The notes beneath the pieces were generated by a model that was not told the DNA's origin, ran no database searches, and saw nothing but the letters and a program-made list of their open reading frames with translations. 64,000 nt of DNA from Cetorhinus maximus (Eukaryota). The stretch lies in contig NC_135887.1 of NCBI RefSeq assembly GCF_964194155.1, positions 26,474,001-26,538,000 of the forward strand, in the 5' to 3' direction. Of the stretch, positions 59,520 to 64,000 are shown piece after piece (position 1 is the stretch's first letter; the number at the start of each line of letters is the position of its first letter). The position numbers and the translations under genes were made by a program.

Positions 59520-62500
59520 TCAGTAAAGGGCACGGTTAGCAAGGGAGACGGAGACAGAGTGACTACTTGGGAATTTGATTCAAAGTGGAAATTCTGTGCC
59601 TAAGGGAAAATGGTACTTCAGGTGAGGTTTATTGCAAGAAGTAGAGCTTTCTGAGTTGGGAGTTTGGTGAAGTGGGGGAAGAGGTGCTCCTTTCTCCTAC
59701 TCTTTTCCAGCCTCCAGCATTTGCTTTCCGCTTTGGGGCAGCAGCAGGAGTAGGTTAATGAGTAACTGGTAATTAACTGGAGAGGTCAGAGAGCTTAAAG
59801 CAGCAGAGTGAGCCAGGAGTTTACAGATAAAACCGAAAAGTGACGGCACAGGAGTCCCATAAGTTGATTGGTTGGTAAGCATTGGCCTTTCCAGACTCAG
59901 CACAGGGGAGACGATTGGTGAGTGACAGTGACTCATTATATTAAACCATTCTGGAGTAACCACTTTATATAAAGTTCAAGGTATGTCAGTGCAGCTCAGC
60001 CATGTGGAATATGCATCCTGGGGAATGTGGGAAATTGAGCAGGCACAAAGTTTCCTCGATGACTACATCTGCAGGAACGGTCAGCAGCTGCAGAAACTCG
60101 AACTCCGTGTTGCGGAACTTGAGCAGCGGCTGGAGTCACTGTGATGCATCCGCAAGGCTGAGGATTACGTGGATAACACATTTAGAGAAGTGGTCACACC
60201 ACAGCTAAGTACACAGGCAGAAAGGGAATGGGTGACCTCCAGAGTGTCTAACAGAAACTGGCAGGTCTTGCAGGAATCCCCTGAGGCTATCTCACTCTCT
60301 AACCGCTTTTCCATTTTGGATACTGGAGGGTGAGATGGTTTCTCAGGGGACTGTAGCAAGATCCAGGTTTGTGGCACCACGGGTAGCTCAGCAGCACAGG
60401 AGGGGAGGTGGAAGAGTGGAAGTGCTATAGTGGTAGGGGATTCCATAGTTAGAGAAGCAGACAGGCATTTCTGTGACCATAGGCATGACTCCAGGATGGT
60501 ATGTTGCCTCCCTGGTGCCAGGGTCAAGGATGTCACAGAGTGGCTACAGGGCATTCTTTTAGGGGAGGGCGAGCAGCCAGAGGTCATGTTCCACATTGGG
60601 ACCAATGACACAGGTAGGAAAAGGGACGAGGTCCTGGAAGCAGATTTTAAGGAGTTTGGAAGGAAATTGAGAAGCAGGACCTCAAGAGCAGTAATCTCAG
60701 GATTACTCCCAGTGCCATGTGCTAGTGAGCATAAGAATAGGGAGATTGAGCAGTTCAACACGTGGATTGAGAAATAGAGTACGAGGGAGGGCTTTAGATT
60801 TCTGAGGCATTGGGACCGGTTCTGGGGCAGGTGGGACCTGTACAAGAAGGACGGGTTACACCTTAACAGGACTGGGACTAATGTCCTCGTGGGGAGGTTT
60901 GCTAGTGCTTTTGGGGAGGGTTTAAACTAGATTGGCAGGGGAGAAGAACCTGAGGGGCAATTCAGAGAGGAGAGGAGAAAAACTGGCAGTGGGAAGTAGA
61001 GAAGTATTAACTGATAAGGAGGATATGAGAGTTTGATAGAATTAGAGTAGGCTATAGTAAGTCATTAGATGGGGTCAGAGCAAGTGGGAAAGATAAAATG
61101 TCTAAATTAAGATTAATGTGCATCTATGTGAATGCACGGAGTATGGTTAATAAGACTGGTGAACTGCAGGCACAGGTTGACAAATGAAATTATGATATCA
61201 TTGCTATAACAGAGACCTGGTTCAAAGAAGGGCAGGACTGGGCATTAAATACTCCAGGGTGCAAGGTACTGGAGAGAGAGGATGTTCTAGATGAGTCAAG
61301 GGCGAAATCTCTCTGGCTAGAGATAAGGAATGAAAAATGTGCCATAACATTGATTGGTGTAGTATTTGGACCATTAACTAGTGGAAGGGATGTGGAGAAA
61401 CAAATTTGCAAAGAAATTACAGAGAGGTGTAAGAATTATAGAGTAATTATAATGGGAGACATCAATTATCAAACATAGACTGGGATAGGAATAGTGCAAA
61501 GGGACAAGAGGGGCGAGAGTTCCTGGAACGTGTTCAAGATCATTTTCTGCAGCAGCATGTTTCCGGTCCAGTGAGAGGGCAGGCACTGTCGGGCCTGTTT
61601 CTAGGGAATGAGTTGGCCCAAGGGAAAACATTTAGGGGACAGTGACCATTGTATCAGGTTTAGATTGGCCTTGGAGAAGGACAAGGAACAATCCAGAGCA
61701 GAGATAATTAATTGGAGGAAAAGCCAACTTTGATGGGATGAGAATGCATCTGAGTCAAGTGAGTTGGAGTCAAATGTTGGCAGAAAAAACAGCGGCTGAA
61801 CAATGGGTGACCTTCTAAGAAAAAGGTATTGCAGGCAATGTCAAGGTATATTCCATTGAAGGGGAAAGGTAGGACAAATAAATCCAGAACACCCTGGATG
61901 CCGAGATCAAGGTGCAGATGAAAAGCAAGAAGTGCACATATGACAGATGTCAGGTAGAAAATACAATGGAGAATCAGGCTGAAGTACCAGAGGGGAAGTG
62001 AAAAAACTAATAAGAAAAGCAAGGAGAGAGCATGAAAAGAGGCTGGCAGCGAACATAAAAGGGAATCCCAAGGTCTTCTATAAGCATGTAAATAATAAGA
62101 GTGGTGAAAGAGAGTAGGGCCAATTAGGGATAAAAAAAGAGGACTTGCATGTGGAGGCAGGAGAAAAAGTGGAGGTATTAAACGAGTACTTTGCATCTGT
62201 CTTTACAAAGGAAGAAGATGCTACCCAGACCGAAGTAACTCATTCACTAGAAGAACTTACAATTGAAAAGAAGAATGTATTAGAAAGGCTATCTTTACTT
62301 AAAATTGATAGGATACCACGACCAGATGAGATGCATCCAAGGACACTGAGGGAAATAAGAGTAGAAATTGCAGAAACACTGGTGATAATCTTCCGGTCTT
62401 CCTTAGATACAGAGGTGGTGCCAGAGGACTGGAGAATTGAGAATGTTATGACCTTGTTCAAAAAGGGGTGCAAGGATAAAGCCGGCAACTACAAACCAGT

Positions 62501-63200
62501 CAGTTTGACTTCAGTGGTAGGGAAACTACTGGAAACTATAGATCGGGACAAAGTCAGTAGTCACTTAGACAAGTGCAGGATAATTAAGGAAAGCCAGCAT
62601 GGATTCATTAAGGGAAAATCATGTTTAACTAACTTGTTGGGAGTTTTTTGCGGAGGTAACAGAGAAGGGTATTAAGGTTGATGTGGTATATGTGGATTTT
62701 GAAAAGGCATTTGATACAGTGTCACACAACAGACTTGTGAGCAAAATTCTAGTTCATGGAATAAAAGGGAGAGTAGGCACTTGGATAAGAAATTGGCTGA
62801 GTGACAGGAAACAGAGTAGTGATAAATGGTTGTTTTTCAGATTGGAGGAAGGTTTGTAGTGGGGTTCCCCAAGGGTCAGTGTTGGGACCCTTGCTCTTCC
62901 TGATATATATTAGTGACCTAGACTGTGGTGTGCAGGGCATGATTTCAAAATTTGCAGATGATATGAAGATTGGAAACATTGTCAACTGTGATGGGGATAG
63001 TCTCGAACTTCAAAAGGACACAGACATGTTTGGTGGATTGGGCAGACAAGTGGCAGATGAAGTTCAATGCAGAAAAGTGTGAAGTGATTCATTTTGACAG
63101 GAAGAATATGGAGAGACAGTATAAAATAAAGGGAGAGACCCTAAAGGAGGTGCAGAAACAGAGGGACCTCGGTGTATATATACATAGGTCACTGAAGATG
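59520..63200 (+). mobile_element. Long decayed CR1 LINE: 5' region, ORF1 (SGNH esterase-like), ORF2 endonuclease and RT
   Basis: ORF1 VGDSIVR..CCLPGARV..HIGTND..DGLHLN; ORF2 [37 protein letters not shown]. Many stops and frameshifts; ends before the 3' tail. Confidence 0.92.
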
Positions 63201-63888
63201 GCAGATTGTCTGTAGAATCTCAGGGATGAAAGACTAAAGGTGTTATCTTCTTGCATTTTGTAATGAGGCCTTATGGTGAGAGTTAACTTACAAGGAAACA
63301 GAGTAGATCTGAAATTAGCATTTGGGGATAAGTTTTGAAATTGATTTGTAGCTGTTGCATTTCAAAGGAGCCTCAAAGGTACAAAAAGAACATTTTTATT
63401 TTACAGATTTATGAGTAAACAGGGGGGCAGGTGTTTTAAATTTTATTGACCTGAAACAGAGGTAAAATAGGAACAGGAAAGGTTTTGATATTTGGGGACC
63501 TGAGTTTTCAGAGAGATATTTAAAGACACTGGGGAACTAAGATGAAAGGGGTGAAAAGGTGTTTATTATAACGGGGTTTTAGCTGTAGTGAGTTGCAGTC
63601 GGTGGAGGGAGTCCCACTGAAGCCAGCTCTGGTGTTTTGGAGTGTGCTGAAAAACTGAAAATCTTTTAATTAAAGAAAGCAACTCAGCTTTGGGCCAGGA
63701 GAATATTTATCCTGAGAAACATATTGTTTTAAATCTCCCTTTGGAAAAACCACATCAGCGTGGAGTTCTTCTGGGAAGTCGTGGATTGTACTTCTGTTTA
63801 AAGGGAAAGCAGTTTCTCAGTTTGGGTAATATTTCTTGGATTTTATGATTAAGAAGCTATAAGGGCTACTGCCAAAAAGACAGTTTTA

Positions 63889-64000
63889 TTGCAAGGAACA
63901 TAAAAGCGGACTGTAAAAGTTTCTATAAGTATGTAAAAAGAAAAAGATTAATGAAGGCAAATGTAGGTCCCTTACAGTCCGAAACGGGAGAATTTATAAT
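63889..64000 (+). mobile_element. Separate CR1 ORF2 fragment, truncated by the window edge
   Basis: ARNIKADCKSFYKYVKRKR..NVGPL. Confidence 0.75.

Noticed and set aside
60430-60930. Host GDSL/SGNH esterase gene
   Set aside because: It is CR1 ORF1, with stops, directly followed by a decayed ORF2.
57870-64000. VTN exons expected from synteny
   Set aside because: No somatomedin-B, RGD or hemopexin coding sequence seen; the region is mostly CR1.

Overview
Vertebrate genomic DNA. The repeat families point to a cartilaginous fish (shark-like); this is an inference. The window holds the conserved POLDIP2-TMEM199-SEBOX block: POLDIP2 coding exon 1 (-), a complete 6-coding-exon TMEM199 (+) head-to-head with it, and a 3-exon SEBOX paired-type homeobox gene (-). 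Divergent from SEBOX is an intact KIF12-like kinesin gene (+) with at least 17 coding exons spanning about 29.4-57.7 kb. All exons were spliced by hand with consistent GT-AG phases. Introns are packed with CR1, L2 and SINE fragments and with many different minisatellites, several visibly born from transposon sequence. Best leads: (i) the KIF12-like gene at a position where the human locus has no kinesin; (ii) a compact FoxH1/Smad/T-box (Nodal-response-like) module in the SEBOX promoter, next to a satellite carrying extra FoxH1 motifs; (iii) a TSD-flanked 134-bp insertion with a hammerhead-ribozyme-like core; (iv) a TSD-flanked tRNA-headed mini-SINE; (v) a possible antisense exon chain in KIF12-like intron 2. 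I found no prokaryote-type system (CRISPR, operons).
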